A stretch of 64,000 nt of DNA from Betaproteobacteria bacterium Ga0074130 (GCA_001464495.1 LNDZ01000029.1:15455-79454), one strand, 5' to 3'; counted from the first letter of the stretch, positions 21,262 to 31,039 are shown. A program made the numbers and translations. The notes: generated from the letters alone by a model not told the origin.

Positions 21262-21672
21262 TCAGCGAAACAGGCGCGGATAGTCGATCTTCGGGCAGCG
21301 ATCCATCACCACCTCGATGCCTGCATCGAGCGCACGCTGGGCGGCCTCTTCATTGACGATGCCAAGCTGCATCCAGATAAACTTGGCGCCAATCGCAATA
21401 GCATCCTCCACGATGGGTGGAATATCCTCGGCACGACGGAAGCAGTCCACCATATCGACTGGCTCGGGAATGTCGCGCAGTGAGGCATAGCACTTCTCAC
21501 CCAAAATCTCAGTCTGCCCCGGGTTCACAGGAATCACGCGGAAGCCGAGGTCCTGCAGATATTTGGCGACATAGTGGCCCGGCCGTTCAGGTTTCGGTGA
21601 GCACCCCACCACCGCAATGGTGCGTACGGTTTCAAACAAGCGCTTCAAATCGGTATCTTGGGTGATCAGCAT
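21262..21672 (-). CDS. CoA-binding domain protein (YccU-like)
   Basis: The 136-aa protein has the IAVVGCSPKPERPGHYV and VIPVNP pattern typical of CoA_binding_2 proteins. Confidence 0.65.
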   Translation of the reverse strand: MLITQDTDLKRLFETVRTIAVVGCSPKPERPGHYVAKYLQDLGFRVIPVNPGQTEILGEKCYASLRDIPEPVDMVDCFRRAEDIPPIVEDAIAIGAKFIWMQLGIVNEEAAQRALDAGIEVVMDRCPKIDYPRLFR

Positions 21673-21675
21673 GAT

Positions 21676-22578
21676 TCAATCAGATAAGGGAGAGGAAATG
21701 TGTTGGGGCACGCGCGCCAGCGACCAATGCTCAAACGCCCATTGCCACAGCGCATCTCGCGTACCACTGCGCAGCGCGAGTGGCGGTTGCTGGCCCAGAA
21801 AATTCAGCGCGCGCCACAACGCAGGCACCGGGTCGTCATCATTGAGCGGTTCGGCCAAGGTTTGCTTGGAGAGTTTTTCGCCAGCGGCGTTCAACACCAC
21901 AGGTAAGTGCGCATAGTGCGGCGTGGGCACGCCAAGGCATTGCTGCAATGCAATCTGCCGCGGGGTTGAGTCAAGGAGATCGGCCCCCCGCACCACATGC
22001 GTAATAGCTTGGTCAGCATCGTCCTGCACCACGGCAAGCTGATAGGCAAACAGGCCATCGGCGCGCAGCAAGACGAAATCGCCAACGGCGTGCGCGAGAT
22101 GCTGCGTGATCTCGCCTTGTACGGCATCGGTGAAAGTCACCGTCTCATCGTCCACTTTGAAACGCCAGGCACGCGCCTCTTTGCCCGCTGGCAAGCCTTC
22201 GCGACAGGTGCCGGGATAGATCGGCGCACCATCGCTGCCGAGCAATGCGTCACCAATTTCCTTGCGCGTGCAGGCACAGCCGAACACCCGCTGATACTCA
22301 TGCAACAGGTTCAACGCTGACTGATATGCGAGCGTACGATCACGTTGGCGCATGATCTCGCCATCAATGCGAAAGCCGTAACACACCAGCGTGCGCAGAA
22401 TGGCAGACTCATGCTCAATGCGGCAACGCGGCGCATCAACATCTTCGATGCGTACCAGCCACTCGCCCTGCTGCGTACGGGCTTCAAGGTAACTGCCAAC
22501 TGCAGCGACCAGCGAGCCGAAATGCAAGGGCCCGGTGGGCGACGGGGCAAAGCGGCCACGGTAGCGCACCTCACCCAT
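21676..22578 (-). CDS. gluQ: tRNA glutamyl-Q(34) synthetase (GluQRS)
   Basis: It is a truncated GluRS-like protein of 300 aa. It has RGRFAPSPTGPLHFGS (HIGH region) and a KLSKQ (KMSKS-like) motif. Confidence 0.8.
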   Translation of the reverse strand: MGEVRYRGRFAPSPTGPLHFGSLVAAVGSYLEARTQQGEWLVRIEDVDAPRCRIEHESAILRTLVCYGFRIDGEIMRQRDRTLAYQSALNLLHEYQRVFGCACTRKEIGDALLGSDGAPIYPGTCREGLPAGKEARAWRFKVDDETVTFTDAVQGEITQHLAHAVGDFVLLRADGLFAYQLAVVQDDADQAITHVVRGADLLDSTPRQIALQQCLGVPTPHYAHLPVVLNAAGEKLSKQTLAEPLNDDDPVPALWRALNFLGQQPPLALRSGTRDALWQWAFEHWSLARVPQHISSPLSD

Positions 22579-22602
22579 GGCCCGCCCCCGCTACCCTCTG
22601 CC

Positions 22603-23694
22603 TTAGACGTTGAAGAGGAAGTTCAGGACGTCGCCGTCCTTGACGACATATTCCTTGCCTTCCGCGCGCATCTTGCCCGCTTCCTTGGCGCCAGCTTCAC
22701 CCTTGTATTGGATGTAGTCGTCGAAGCCAATGGTCTGGGCGCGAATAAAGCCTTTTTCGAAGTCGGTGTGAATCACGCCTGCGGCTTGCGGCGCGGTATC
22801 GCCAATATGAATGGTCCAGGCGCGCACTTCTTTCACGCCGGCGGTGAAGTAAGTCTGCAGACCCAGTAGCTTGTAGCCGGCACGGATCAGACGATTCAGG
22901 CCCGGCTCCTCCAGCCCCAGATCAGCAAGGAACATTTGCTTTTCTTCATCATCCAGCTCGGCGATTTCTGCTTCAATCGCTGCGCAGACCGCCACGACCT
23001 CAGCCTTTTCGGCCGCTGCACGTTGGCTCACTGCATCAAGATGCGGGTTGTTCTGGAAACCGTCTTCCTTCACGTTGGCGACATACAGCACCGGCTTGGC
23101 GGTAATCAAACACAGTGGCTTGATGGCCGCCAGCTCTTCCTTGTCCAGACCCAATGCGCGAATCGGCTTGGCCTGATTCAGCTGCGTCATACACTTTTCA
23201 AGGACAGCGACCAGCACCTTGGCATCTTTGTCGCCAGTGCTAGCGAGTTTCTTGTTCTTGGTCAGCGTACGCTCAACTGCAGTAAGGTCGGCCAAGGCCA
23301 GCTCGGTATCGATCACTTCGATGTCGGACAGCGGGTCCACCTTGCCAGCAACGTGCACAACGTTCTCGTCAGCAAAACAGCGAACCACGTGCACAATTGC
23401 ATCGGTCTCGCGGATATTGGCGAGGAACTGGTTGCCCAGACCCTCCCCCTTGGAGGCGCCAGCCACCAGACCCGCGATATCCACAAACTCGACAATCGCC
23501 GGCTGAATCTTTTGCGGATTGACGATCTTCGACAGCTCGGCCAAACGCGAATCGGGCACTTCGACGATGCCGACGTTCGGCTCGATGGTGCAGAAGGGAT
23601 AATTTTCTGCTGCGATGCCTGACTTGGTCAGCGCATTGAAGAGGGTGGACTTGCCGACATTAGGCAGACCGACGATGCCGCACTGGAGACTCAT
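22603..23694 (-). CDS. ychF: Redox-regulated ATPase YchF (Obg-like GTPase family)
   Basis: The start is [23 protein letters not shown] and the protein is 363 aa. A C-terminal TGS-like region ends in [11 protein letters not shown]. Confidence 0.9.
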   Translation of the reverse strand: MSLQCGIVGLPNVGKSTLFNALTKSGIAAENYPFCTIEPNVGIVEVPDSRLAELSKIVNPQKIQPAIVEFVDIAGLVAGASKGEGLGNQFLANIRETDAIVHVVRCFADENVVHVAGKVDPLSDIEVIDTELALADLTAVERTLTKNKKLASTGDKDAKVLVAVLEKCMTQLNQAKPIRALGLDKEELAAIKPLCLITAKPVLYVANVKEDGFQNNPHLDAVSQRAAAEKAEVVAVCAAIEAEIAELDDEEKQMFLADLGLEEPGLNRLIRAGYKLLGLQTYFTAGVKEVRAWTIHIGDTAPQAAGVIHTDFEKGFIRAQTIGFDDYIQYKGEAGAKEAGKMRAEGKEYVVKDGDVLNFLFNV

Positions 23695-23807
23695 GGTGGA
23701 TTCCGGAAAATACTGCGCAAGCGCAAAGGCGCTATTGTACCGTGCGGCACCCCTGCGCCGGCCCCCTTGCTGACGGCCACCCGGTAACGGCAGGTATCAT
23801 TCACCCC

Positions 23808-24593
23808 ATGTCGCTCACCTCCACCAGCGCCTCGCCATTGCGCCCCGCTCTGTTCGCCCAGCTTGGCGGCGCACTCATTGTGTTTGCGCTGGCGTATCTG
23901 CTGCCGGTTACTTGGCTACGCCAGCCCTTAATACTCGCAGTGTTGCAAGGCCTGTGTGCCAGCGGCATCAGTTGGAAATTGGATGCGCCGCGCTGGTGGT
24001 GTCTGATTCATCTGCTATTCATGCCATTAGTTGTGATTGCCTTGGCGCTGCAGATTGCGCCGGGCTGGTATCTAGCAGCCTTTGTCCTGACCCTGCTGAT
24101 TTTCTGGCGCACCGACAAAAGCCGAGTGCCCCTGTATCTAAGCAATCAGGCTACGGCCATGGCCGTGGCAGACCTGCTGCCGACCAATGCAAACGTCATC
24201 GATATTGGCTGCGGCGACGGGCACCTGCTGCGCCGTCTGGCACTGACGCGGCCAGACTGTCTGTTCACCGGCATCGAGCATGCACCGGCGACTTGGCTGG
24301 TCGCTAGACTGCTGAATATGGGGCGCCGTAATGTCACCATCCGATATGGTGACTTTTGGCAACACTCGTTGAGCGGCTATGACACGGTCTATGCATTTCT
24401 CTCTCCCGCACCGATGCCAGCCCTATGGGACAAAGTTCAGGCCGAGCTGGGCAGCGGCAAGCGTTTGATCAGTAACAGCTTTCCCGTTCCAGACGCGCCT
24501 GCAGACCCGGTGATTGAGGTAGATGACCCGCGCCAGACCCAGCTTTATTGCTACACCATTGGGTTAAAAACCATCGCTAAGCCTCAGAACTGA
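23808..24593 (+). CDS. Membrane-anchored class I SAM-dependent methyltransferase
   Basis: There are about 3-4 N-terminal hydrophobic segments, followed by SAM motif I VIDIGCGDGHLL. I chose an internal ATG of ORF 23742..24593, so the start is uncertain. Confidence 0.55.
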   Translation: MSLTSTSASPLRPALFAQLGGALIVFALAYLLPVTWLRQPLILAVLQGLCASGISWKLDAPRWWCLIHLLFMPLVVIALALQIAPGWYLAAFVLTLLIFWRTDKSRVPLYLSNQATAMAVADLLPTNANVIDIGCGDGHLLRRLALTRPDCLFTGIEHAPATWLVARLLNMGRRNVTIRYGDFWQHSLSGYDTVYAFLSPAPMPALWDKVQAELGSGKRLISNSFPVPDAPADPVIEVDDPRQTQLYCYTIGLKTIAKPQN

Positions 24594-24735
24594 AGGACTT
24601 TTCTGGCTCAGCTCCTCCCCGTTTAGACAAACACCCTTTCCCCTGTCATTTCGGCGCATCGCCGTTTGCGCCGCTCGCCATAATTCAATCCAGAAAGCAC
24701 CCCAGCCAGACCATTCAGGGGTTCGCGGAGATCTT

Positions 24736-25449
24736 ATGGCAGACATTATTTGCATCATCGGTAACAAGGGCGGCACCGGCAAGACCACACTCTCACACAT
24801 GCTGTGTCAGGGTTTGGGGCTGCTCGGGCAACGCTCAGTCTGCGTCCTCACCGATACCGCGCGCGAACCGCTGAGCCCAGAAGGTCGCCGTTATCTGGTG
24901 GCCGATGCGCGCACCCGCGAAGCGCTGGCGAAAGTAACTGATAAGATCCGCTCCCTCAACTCATGGATGGGCGTGGTTGACGGCGGCGGTAACCGCACCG
25001 AGATGGACCGCAAGCTCTACAGTCTGGCTGATCTGGTGCTGCTGCCCTTCCGTGATTCGCATGAAGATATCCGTACCCTGATTCGTGACCTTGAGATGTT
25101 CCCGCGCGCCTACGCCATTCCAACCCAATGGCCGGTGATCCCATGGCAGCGTGACACAGCGGAACGTACGGTCGATGAGCTACTTGCGCCCTACCGCGAT
25201 CGCATCCTCATGCCCGTCAATGCATTCAATGCCACCAAGCTACTGTTGAAGAGCGAAATCGGCAATGACATTCCACCGGCCCTCGCCGATGCCTGCTGCA
25301 ATGTGGCTAAGCAGGTGCTCGACTTGCTGCAAATCCCGATCCAACAGGTCGAAGAAGTGCCGCGCGTGCTGCGCCCGGTAGCGCCTGCTACCCCTGTCGC
25401 GCGTCCGCACATGTCGCCTGTTCGTGAGTTGCAACCGGCGATGGCGTAA
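24736..25449 (+). CDS. ParA/MinD-family P-loop ATPase (orphan, 237 aa)
   Basis: The N-terminus has the deviant Walker A GNKGGTGKTT with the signature Lys, and VVDGGG is a Walker B-like segment. A GGAG lies 8 nt upstream of the ATG. No parB or parS is evident. Confidence 0.7.
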   Translation: MADIICIIGNKGGTGKTTLSHMLCQGLGLLGQRSVCVLTDTAREPLSPEGRRYLVADARTREALAKVTDKIRSLNSWMGVVDGGGNRTEMDRKLYSLADLVLLPFRDSHEDIRTLIRDLEMFPRAYAIPTQWPVIPWQRDTAERTVDELLAPYRDRILMPVNAFNATKLLLKSEIGNDIPPALADACCNVAKQVLDLLQIPIQQVEEVPRVLRPVAPATPVARPHMSPVRELQPAMA

Positions 25450-25730
25450 TGAGCGCCGGCACCCCGCCGCCCGCTGATCCGTTTGAAGCAGTCAAAGCCC
25501 TGTGGGGCAGCATGGGATTCGCCATGCCCGGCATGGTCGCACCCACGTTCGACAGCAATGAACTCGACAAGCGCATTGCCGACATGAAGGCCGTGGAAGG
25601 CTGGTTGCAGATGAACCTGAGTATGTTGCAAGCCACCATTCAGGGGCTAGAGATGCAGCGCAGCACATTGGCTACAATGCGGGCCTCGATGCAGGCTGCA
25701 CCGCATAGCAAAACACCCGAACAAGAATGA
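25449..25730 (+). CDS. Small coiled-coil protein (93 aa), possibly related to the N-terminal region of PhaM-family proteins
   Basis: The start overlaps the ParA-like stop (TAATG). A Pro/Gly-rich N-terminus is followed by a heptad-like helix, ELDKRIADMKAVEGWLQMNLSMLQATIQGLEMQRSTLATM. The PhaM resemblance rests on my memory of a WVAPT...KRI..LK.V..WL...TIQALEVQ..TL motif and is not verified. Confidence 0.5.
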   Translation: MSAGTPPPADPFEAVKALWGSMGFAMPGMVAPTFDSNELDKRIADMKAVEGWLQMNLSMLQATIQGLEMQRSTLATMRASMQAAPHSKTPEQE

Positions 25731-26503
25731 CACTTCCCAATGATGAACTCGCTGGACTGGCTGATGCTGCCGTCCAGAAGGAAGCGGCCGGTCTGGCCCA
25801 AGATGGTTTTATCCGCATTTTCCGGCTGCTCGCCGAAGGCGACGAAGCCGCCGCCGAACTCGGTCTATCAGTCATCGAAGCCCGGGCACGCGACTGGGCC
25901 ATGCAAGGGAGCAGTGAAGAAGCCAATACCCTCCGCCTCGCGCTGCTGATCAGTGGCCTTGATCAATGGGGCTTGGCCTGGACTCAGGCTTTCGGGCTAG
26001 CCGCCCTGCCCGGCTTAACCACACTGCTGGGCAATCTGCGCAACCCGCTCGACGCGCAGGCCAGCGCACGTTTTGAACAGCAGTTCGCGGCGATTGAAGC
26101 GCGTGAAGACAACGCCATTGATTTCAAGATCGAGTTACGCCGCGGCATTCACCTCGCGCTCTGGCATGCCATGGTGGCGTGTGATGAGCGCGAACCGGCA
26201 GAACGTTTGCTGCAACACCTCGGCAGCATGATGCGCGTGCTTACGGAAATGATGCCGACCTATGGGTGGCGCTTGGTTGCCGATGCGCTGGCGCATATCC
26301 AGCTGCGCTGCCTTGATCCAAATTTCGCTGCTGACCCTGAGCACAGCTCGTTGGCGCAGGAAACCACGCAGGGCTTGTTCACCGCGCTGAATCATTCCCT
26401 GCCGGCCGACATGGCTAAGCAGGTGATGGCACAGGCCACGCAGGTGGTGCTCGCTTATCAACGCGCGCAGCAACAGCAAGCGGCACAGGCTGATCCCACC
26501 TAA
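25727..26503 (+). CDS. Hypothetical protein (258 aa, Ala/Leu-rich and probably helical), third gene of the ParA-like operon
   Basis: It has an ATGA overlap with the preceding gene. I recognise no family motif. It is followed by a strong hairpin. Confidence 0.5.
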   Translation: MTLPNDELAGLADAAVQKEAAGLAQDGFIRIFRLLAEGDEAAAELGLSVIEARARDWAMQGSSEEANTLRLALLISGLDQWGLAWTQAFGLAALPGLTTLLGNLRNPLDAQASARFEQQFAAIEAREDNAIDFKIELRRGIHLALWHAMVACDEREPAERLLQHLGSMMRVLTEMMPTYGWRLVADALAHIQLRCLDPNFAADPEHSSLAQETTQGLFTALNHSLPADMAKQVMAQATQVVLAYQRAQQQQAAQADPT

Positions 26504-26541
26504 ATCTGGGCGAGCCTCAGCGATTGGCGAGGCCCATGTGA

Positions 26542-26566
26542 ATCGAGCCGGCAGGGCCGGCTCGAT
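26542..26566. terminator. Hairpin between convergent genes (ParA-like operon and deaD)
   Basis: The sequence is atcgagccgg-caggg-ccggctcgat, a 10-11 bp perfect stem. It lies 39 nt after the + strand stop and 22 nt after the - strand stop. U-tracts are weak. Confidence 0.5.
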
Positions 26567-26587
26567 GGGACTTACGACATACGCTGA

Positions 26588-28585
26588 TTACTTCGCAGGC
26601 TTCTTCTTCACACCTGCGCTCATGCTGCGTGCTGGCGGCTTGCTACCGTCCTTCTTGAAGCCGGCTGAGAAAGACTTGGTCTTTTCGCCGTAGGGCTTCT
26701 TGTCCGCAAATGGCTTTTTGTCACCGTAGGCCTTCTTCTCGCCATACGGCTTCTTCTCGGCATCAAAGCTCTTTTCGCCAAACGCTTTTTCTCCGAAAGC
26801 CTTTTCCGGCTTAGCCAGCGTCTTGCGTGGTGGCTTGTCGCTGAAGCTGCTGCCTTCGTCCTTGTAGCTCTTGCGGGCACGCGGCGCGGGCGAAGGCGAG
26901 CTGCCATCATCTGGCTTGATCAGCAGCACACGCTGACGCACGCGGGTCTTCTGCAGCTTGTTCAGCAGTGCATCCGGCAGCTCGGGTAGTTCCACCGTGC
27001 TGTACTCGTCAAACAAATTAATCTGGCCAATCATCTTGCCTTCGATACCGCCCTCGTTGGCAATCGCGCCAACGATTTCCTTGGGCAGCACACCGTGCGA
27101 CTTGCCCACTTCGATGCGGTACTTCTGCAGATGGCCAGCACTGAAGTCACGACGCTTGGCGAGGATTTCGGTACGTTGTTCCTTCTCTTCCGGCGTACGC
27201 TCACGAGCAGGCTTACGCGAGCCTTCGGCGGAGAAGTTGGAGGCTTCGTAGTCACGGCCTTCCGGCTGTAGCGGGCGATCACGTTGCGCCAGCCAAGCCA
27301 GTGCGGCAGCAACTTCATGCATGCCCAATTCCTCTTCGCGCGACAGATCGGCCACCACGGTTTCCATGAAGCCCAGCGGCTCACGGTTGATGACGTCAAC
27401 AATCTGCTTCTTGAACTGCGCAACACGGCGATCCGCCACAGCAGCCATGGTCGGCAGCTGGATGGCTTCGATCGGCTGACGCGTAGCGCGCTCAATGGCC
27501 TTGAGCATGCGCATTTCACGCGGGGCGACAAACAGGATGGCATTGCCGGTACGGCCTGCACGGCCGGTACGGCCGATACGGTGCACATATGATTCAGTGT
27601 CGTACGGCACGTCGTAGTTGATAACGTGGCTGACGCGCGGCACGTCGATGCCGCGAGCGGCAACGTCGGTTGCCACAACGATGTCCAACGTGGTGTTCTT
27701 GAGCTGCTCGATCACTTGTTCGCGCAGACCTTGGGTCATGTCGCCGTTCAGCGCGGCCGCGGCATAGCCACGCGCTTCTAGCTTCTGCGCCAGTTCTAGC
27801 GTGGCGGTCTTGGTGCGCACGAAGACGATGGCTGCTTCAAAATTTTCTTCCGCTTCGAGAATGCGGGTCAGCGCCTCTGGCTTATCAGCACCGCGCACTT
27901 GCCAGTAGGTTTGCTTAATCGCGGCAACGGTAGACGTCGCCGACTTGATCTTCACTTCCTTGGCTTCGCTCATGTGCTTGTGAGCAATGCGGCGAATCGG
28001 CTCAGGCATGGTGGCCGAGAACAATGCGGTCTGACGCGACTCAGGGGTGTGTTCGAGAATCCACTCGACATCATCCACAAAGCCCATACGCAGCATCTCG
28101 TCGGCTTCGTCCAGCACCATGACCTTCAGATCCTTCAGGTCCATGCTCTTGCGTTCAAGGTGATCCATGACACGGCCGGGCGTACCGACAATGACTTGGG
28201 CACCGCGCGACAGCTGACGCAGCTGCACAATCATGCTTTGGCCGCCGTACACCGGCAGCACATGGAAATCCTTCAGATACTTGGCATAGCTCTGCAGCGC
28301 TTCGGCCACCTGAATCGCCAGCTCACGCGTCGGCGTCAGCACCAGTGCCTGTGGGGTGCGCTTGTTCGGATCGATCAGCGACAACAAGGGCAGCGCAAAA
28401 GCCGCGGTCTTGCCGGTACCGGTCTGCGCTTCACCCAGAATGTCGTTCCCCTGCATCAACAGCGGGATGCACTTGGCCTGAATCGGCGAGGGAGTTTCGT
28501 AGCCGATGTCGGAAAGTGCGCGCAGCAATGCGTCGGACAAACCGAGGTCGGCGAAGGTCATGGTGGGTTGGGGAGCGTCTGACAT
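26588..28585 (-). CDS. deaD: DEAD-box ATP-dependent RNA helicase (DeaD/CsdA-like, 665 aa) with a Lys-rich repetitive C-terminal tail
   Basis: The helicase motifs are Q-motif FADLGL, AQTGTGKT, PTRELA, DEAD (VLDEADEM), SAT and HRIGRTGRAG. A DbpA-like RNA-binding region follows, then KKPYGEK-type repeats. Confidence 0.85.
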   Translation of the reverse strand: MSDAPQPTMTFADLGLSDALLRALSDIGYETPSPIQAKCIPLLMQGNDILGEAQTGTGKTAAFALPLLSLIDPNKRTPQALVLTPTRELAIQVAEALQSYAKYLKDFHVLPVYGGQSMIVQLRQLSRGAQVIVGTPGRVMDHLERKSMDLKDLKVMVLDEADEMLRMGFVDDVEWILEHTPESRQTALFSATMPEPIRRIAHKHMSEAKEVKIKSATSTVAAIKQTYWQVRGADKPEALTRILEAEENFEAAIVFVRTKTATLELAQKLEARGYAAAALNGDMTQGLREQVIEQLKNTTLDIVVATDVAARGIDVPRVSHVINYDVPYDTESYVHRIGRTGRAGRTGNAILFVAPREMRMLKAIERATRQPIEAIQLPTMAAVADRRVAQFKKQIVDVINREPLGFMETVVADLSREEELGMHEVAAALAWLAQRDRPLQPEGRDYEASNFSAEGSRKPARERTPEEKEQRTEILAKRRDFSAGHLQKYRIEVGKSHGVLPKEIVGAIANEGGIEGKMIGQINLFDEYSTVELPELPDALLNKLQKTRVRQRVLLIKPDDGSSPSPAPRARKSYKDEGSSFSDKPPRKTLAKPEKAFGEKAFGEKSFDAEKKPYGEKKAYGDKKPFADKKPYGEKTKSFSAGFKKDGSKPPARSMSAGVKKKPAK

Positions 28586-28711
28586 AAATAGTGGCCGGCG
28601 TTCGAAAACGCGGCAAGGAGCGGGTCGAGATTATCGCAGAAGCCAGCCCCAGAAGCCAATCAGCATAATTTGGGACATGCAGTAATGGCCGCCTGCGCTA
28701 CACTCCGCGCC

Positions 28712-29950
28712 ATGCCCTCTTCACCCCCACGTATTGCTGTCATTGGCGGCGGCCCAGCCGGTCTGGCGGCAGCCGAAACCCTGAGCCAGGCAGGGCTGAC
28801 GATTGATCTCTTCGATGCCATGCCGTCGCTGGGGCGGAAGTTTCTGATGGCCGGTCGCGGCGGACTCAACCTGACCCACAGCGAGCCGCTTGATCGCTTT
28901 CTGACACGCTACGGCATTCGCAGCACAGAGCTTGGCGCCATGGTGAGCGCTTGCACACCACAATCATTGCAAGACTGGGCCGAGGGCTTGGGCGTGAGCA
29001 CATTCGTCGGCACCTCAGGCCGGGTCTTCCCGCGTGAAATGAAAGCTGCCCCGCTATTGCGCGCGTGGCTGCACCGCTTGCGCAGTGCTGGCGTGCGCAT
29101 CCACGTGCGCCATCGTTGGCTCGGCTGGCAGGCCGATCAGTCGCTGCGTTTCGCCACACCGGATGGCGAGGTCATTCATCAAGTCGATGCCGTGGTGCTG
29201 GCCATGGGGGGCGGCAGCTGGGCGCGCTTGGGCTCGGACGGCGCCTGGATGCCCGTTCTGGCCGCGCAAAATATCCCGCTGGCTGCGCTGCAACCTGCCA
29301 ACTGCGGCTTTGAAGTGTCTTGGAGCGAAGTCTTCCGCATGCGCTTTGCCGGCGTGCCCCTGAAAAATGTCAGCGCCAGCTGTATCGATGTTCATGGGAA
29401 GCACCACCAACAGCAAGGGGAGTTCGTCATCAGCGAGCACGGTGTCGAAGGTGGGCTGATCTATGCACTCTCCGCACCGCTGCGTGACCGCCTACGCCGC
29501 GATGGCAGCGCCACCGTGATGCTGGATTTGCTCCCCTCACATGACAGCCAGCGCGTGCTACGCGAAGTCGGCCATCCACGTGGCTCGCGCTCCTTGTCGT
29601 CGCATTTGCAAAGCCGCCTGGGCATTAGCGGTGTCAAGGCCGGCCTACTGCGCGAGGTGCTCGACAAAGACGCCATGCATGACAACACAACGCTTGCTGC
29701 GGCGCTCAAGGCCTTGCCACTGCGGCTCACGGCGACACGCCCCATCGACGAAGCCATCAGCACCGCCGGTGGGGTCGACTTCACCGCACTGGATGCAAAC
29801 CTGATGTTGAAACAGCTACCCGGTGTGTTCTGTGCTGGCGAAATGCTCGATTGGGAAGCACCTACTGGTGGCTATCTCCTCACGGGCTGTATTGCCACCG
29901 GCCATGCGGCAGCACGCGGCATTTTGCGCTGGCTGCAAGGAGCCAATTAG
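28712..29950 (+). CDS. FAD-dependent flavoprotein of the HI0933/BaiN-like family
   Basis: The Rossmann motif is IAVIGGGPAGLAAAE, followed by GRKFLMAGRGGLNLTH and a C-terminal GGYLLTGCIATG. An internal ATG at 28712 lies in ORF 28670..29950. Confidence 0.65.
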   Translation: MPSSPPRIAVIGGGPAGLAAAETLSQAGLTIDLFDAMPSLGRKFLMAGRGGLNLTHSEPLDRFLTRYGIRSTELGAMVSACTPQSLQDWAEGLGVSTFVGTSGRVFPREMKAAPLLRAWLHRLRSAGVRIHVRHRWLGWQADQSLRFATPDGEVIHQVDAVVLAMGGGSWARLGSDGAWMPVLAAQNIPLAALQPANCGFEVSWSEVFRMRFAGVPLKNVSASCIDVHGKHHQQQGEFVISEHGVEGGLIYALSAPLRDRLRRDGSATVMLDLLPSHDSQRVLREVGHPRGSRSLSSHLQSRLGISGVKAGLLREVLDKDAMHDNTTLAAALKALPLRLTATRPIDEAISTAGGVDFTALDANLMLKQLPGVFCAGEMLDWEAPTGGYLLTGCIATGHAAARGILRWLQGAN

Positions 29951-30013
29951 CCACTCGCCCGCAAGGCGGGAGGCGGCTTAGGTACAATCCGGCTTTCCCC
30001 GAAAGTTTTCAGC

Positions 30014-30931
30014 ATGCCCATTCAGTGGTTTCCCGGCCACATGGTCGCCGCGCGCAAGAAGTCAGCGGAGGTCATGGAGCGCACCGACGTTGTCATCGAA
30101 GTCCTCGATGCGCGCCTGCCTATGGCAAGCAGCAATCCGATGATCGATGAGCTGCGCCGTCATCGCCAGCGCCCCTGCCTCAAGCTTCTGAATAAGGGCG
30201 ACTTGGCGGATCCGGCAGTGACCAAGGAATGGCTGGACTTCTTCAATGCTCAGCCCGGCGTGAAGGCGATTGCTCTGAGCGCCAAGAAGCCAGGCGATGC
30301 CGCACGCATTCCCAAGCTGTGTCAGGGGCTGGCGCCACATCGGACCGGCGGCATCAAGCCTTTGCGCATGATGATTATGGGCATTCCGAATGTCGGCAAA
30401 TCCACGCTGATGAATGCCCTGCTCAAGCGTCGCGTTGCCGCGGTTGGCGACGAACCCGCGGTGACCAAATCAGTCCAGAGTCTGGAGCTGAATGCCAACA
30501 TGACGCTGACCGATACTCCCGGCATGATGTGGCCGAAGATCGAGCATGACAGCGATGGTTTCATGCTCGCCATTGCCCACGCCATTGGTCGCAATGCGGT
30601 GATTGAGGAGCAAGTCGGCGCAGCGCTCGGCGAGATCCTGCTGGCGCGCTATCCGCAGCTGATCTCTGCCCGTTACAGCTGCAGCACCGATGGCATGGAC
30701 GGTATCGGCGTCGTTGAAGCCGTGGCCAAGAAGCGCAATTGCCGACAAACCGGCAAGGGTCGCTCACAAGAATACGATCTCGAAAAAGCCGCCATGGTGC
30801 TGCTCACCGATTTCCGCGATGGCATTCTCGGTCGTATCAGCCTGGAAACCCCGACCACGCGTGCTGCCATGCTGGCCGCTGCACGCATTCCTGCACCCGC
30901 CCCCGTTGCCGAGGACGACGCGGAAGCCTGA
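30014..30931 (+). CDS. ylqF: Ribosome biogenesis GTPase YlqF/RbgA (circularly permuted GTPase)
   Basis: The start is MPIQWFPGHMVAARKK. The G-motifs are in permuted order: LNKGDL (G4) comes before GIPNVGKST (G1) and DTPG (G3). Confidence 0.8.
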   Translation: MPIQWFPGHMVAARKKSAEVMERTDVVIEVLDARLPMASSNPMIDELRRHRQRPCLKLLNKGDLADPAVTKEWLDFFNAQPGVKAIALSAKKPGDAARIPKLCQGLAPHRTGGIKPLRMMIMGIPNVGKSTLMNALLKRRVAAVGDEPAVTKSVQSLELNANMTLTDTPGMMWPKIEHDSDGFMLAIAHAIGRNAVIEEQVGAALGEILLARYPQLISARYSCSTDGMDGIGVVEAVAKKRNCRQTGKGRSQEYDLEKAAMVLLTDFRDGILGRISLETPTTRAAMLAAARIPAPAPVAEDDAEA

Positions 30932-31039
30932 TCTATGCGCTCTTGGCGCATTCGCCACGAAGGTGCGCCAGCGAACAGATCACATCTCATCCCCCCTGCA
31001 TCCTGCTCATTTGGCCCCCACCGTTATACGGAGAACCCC

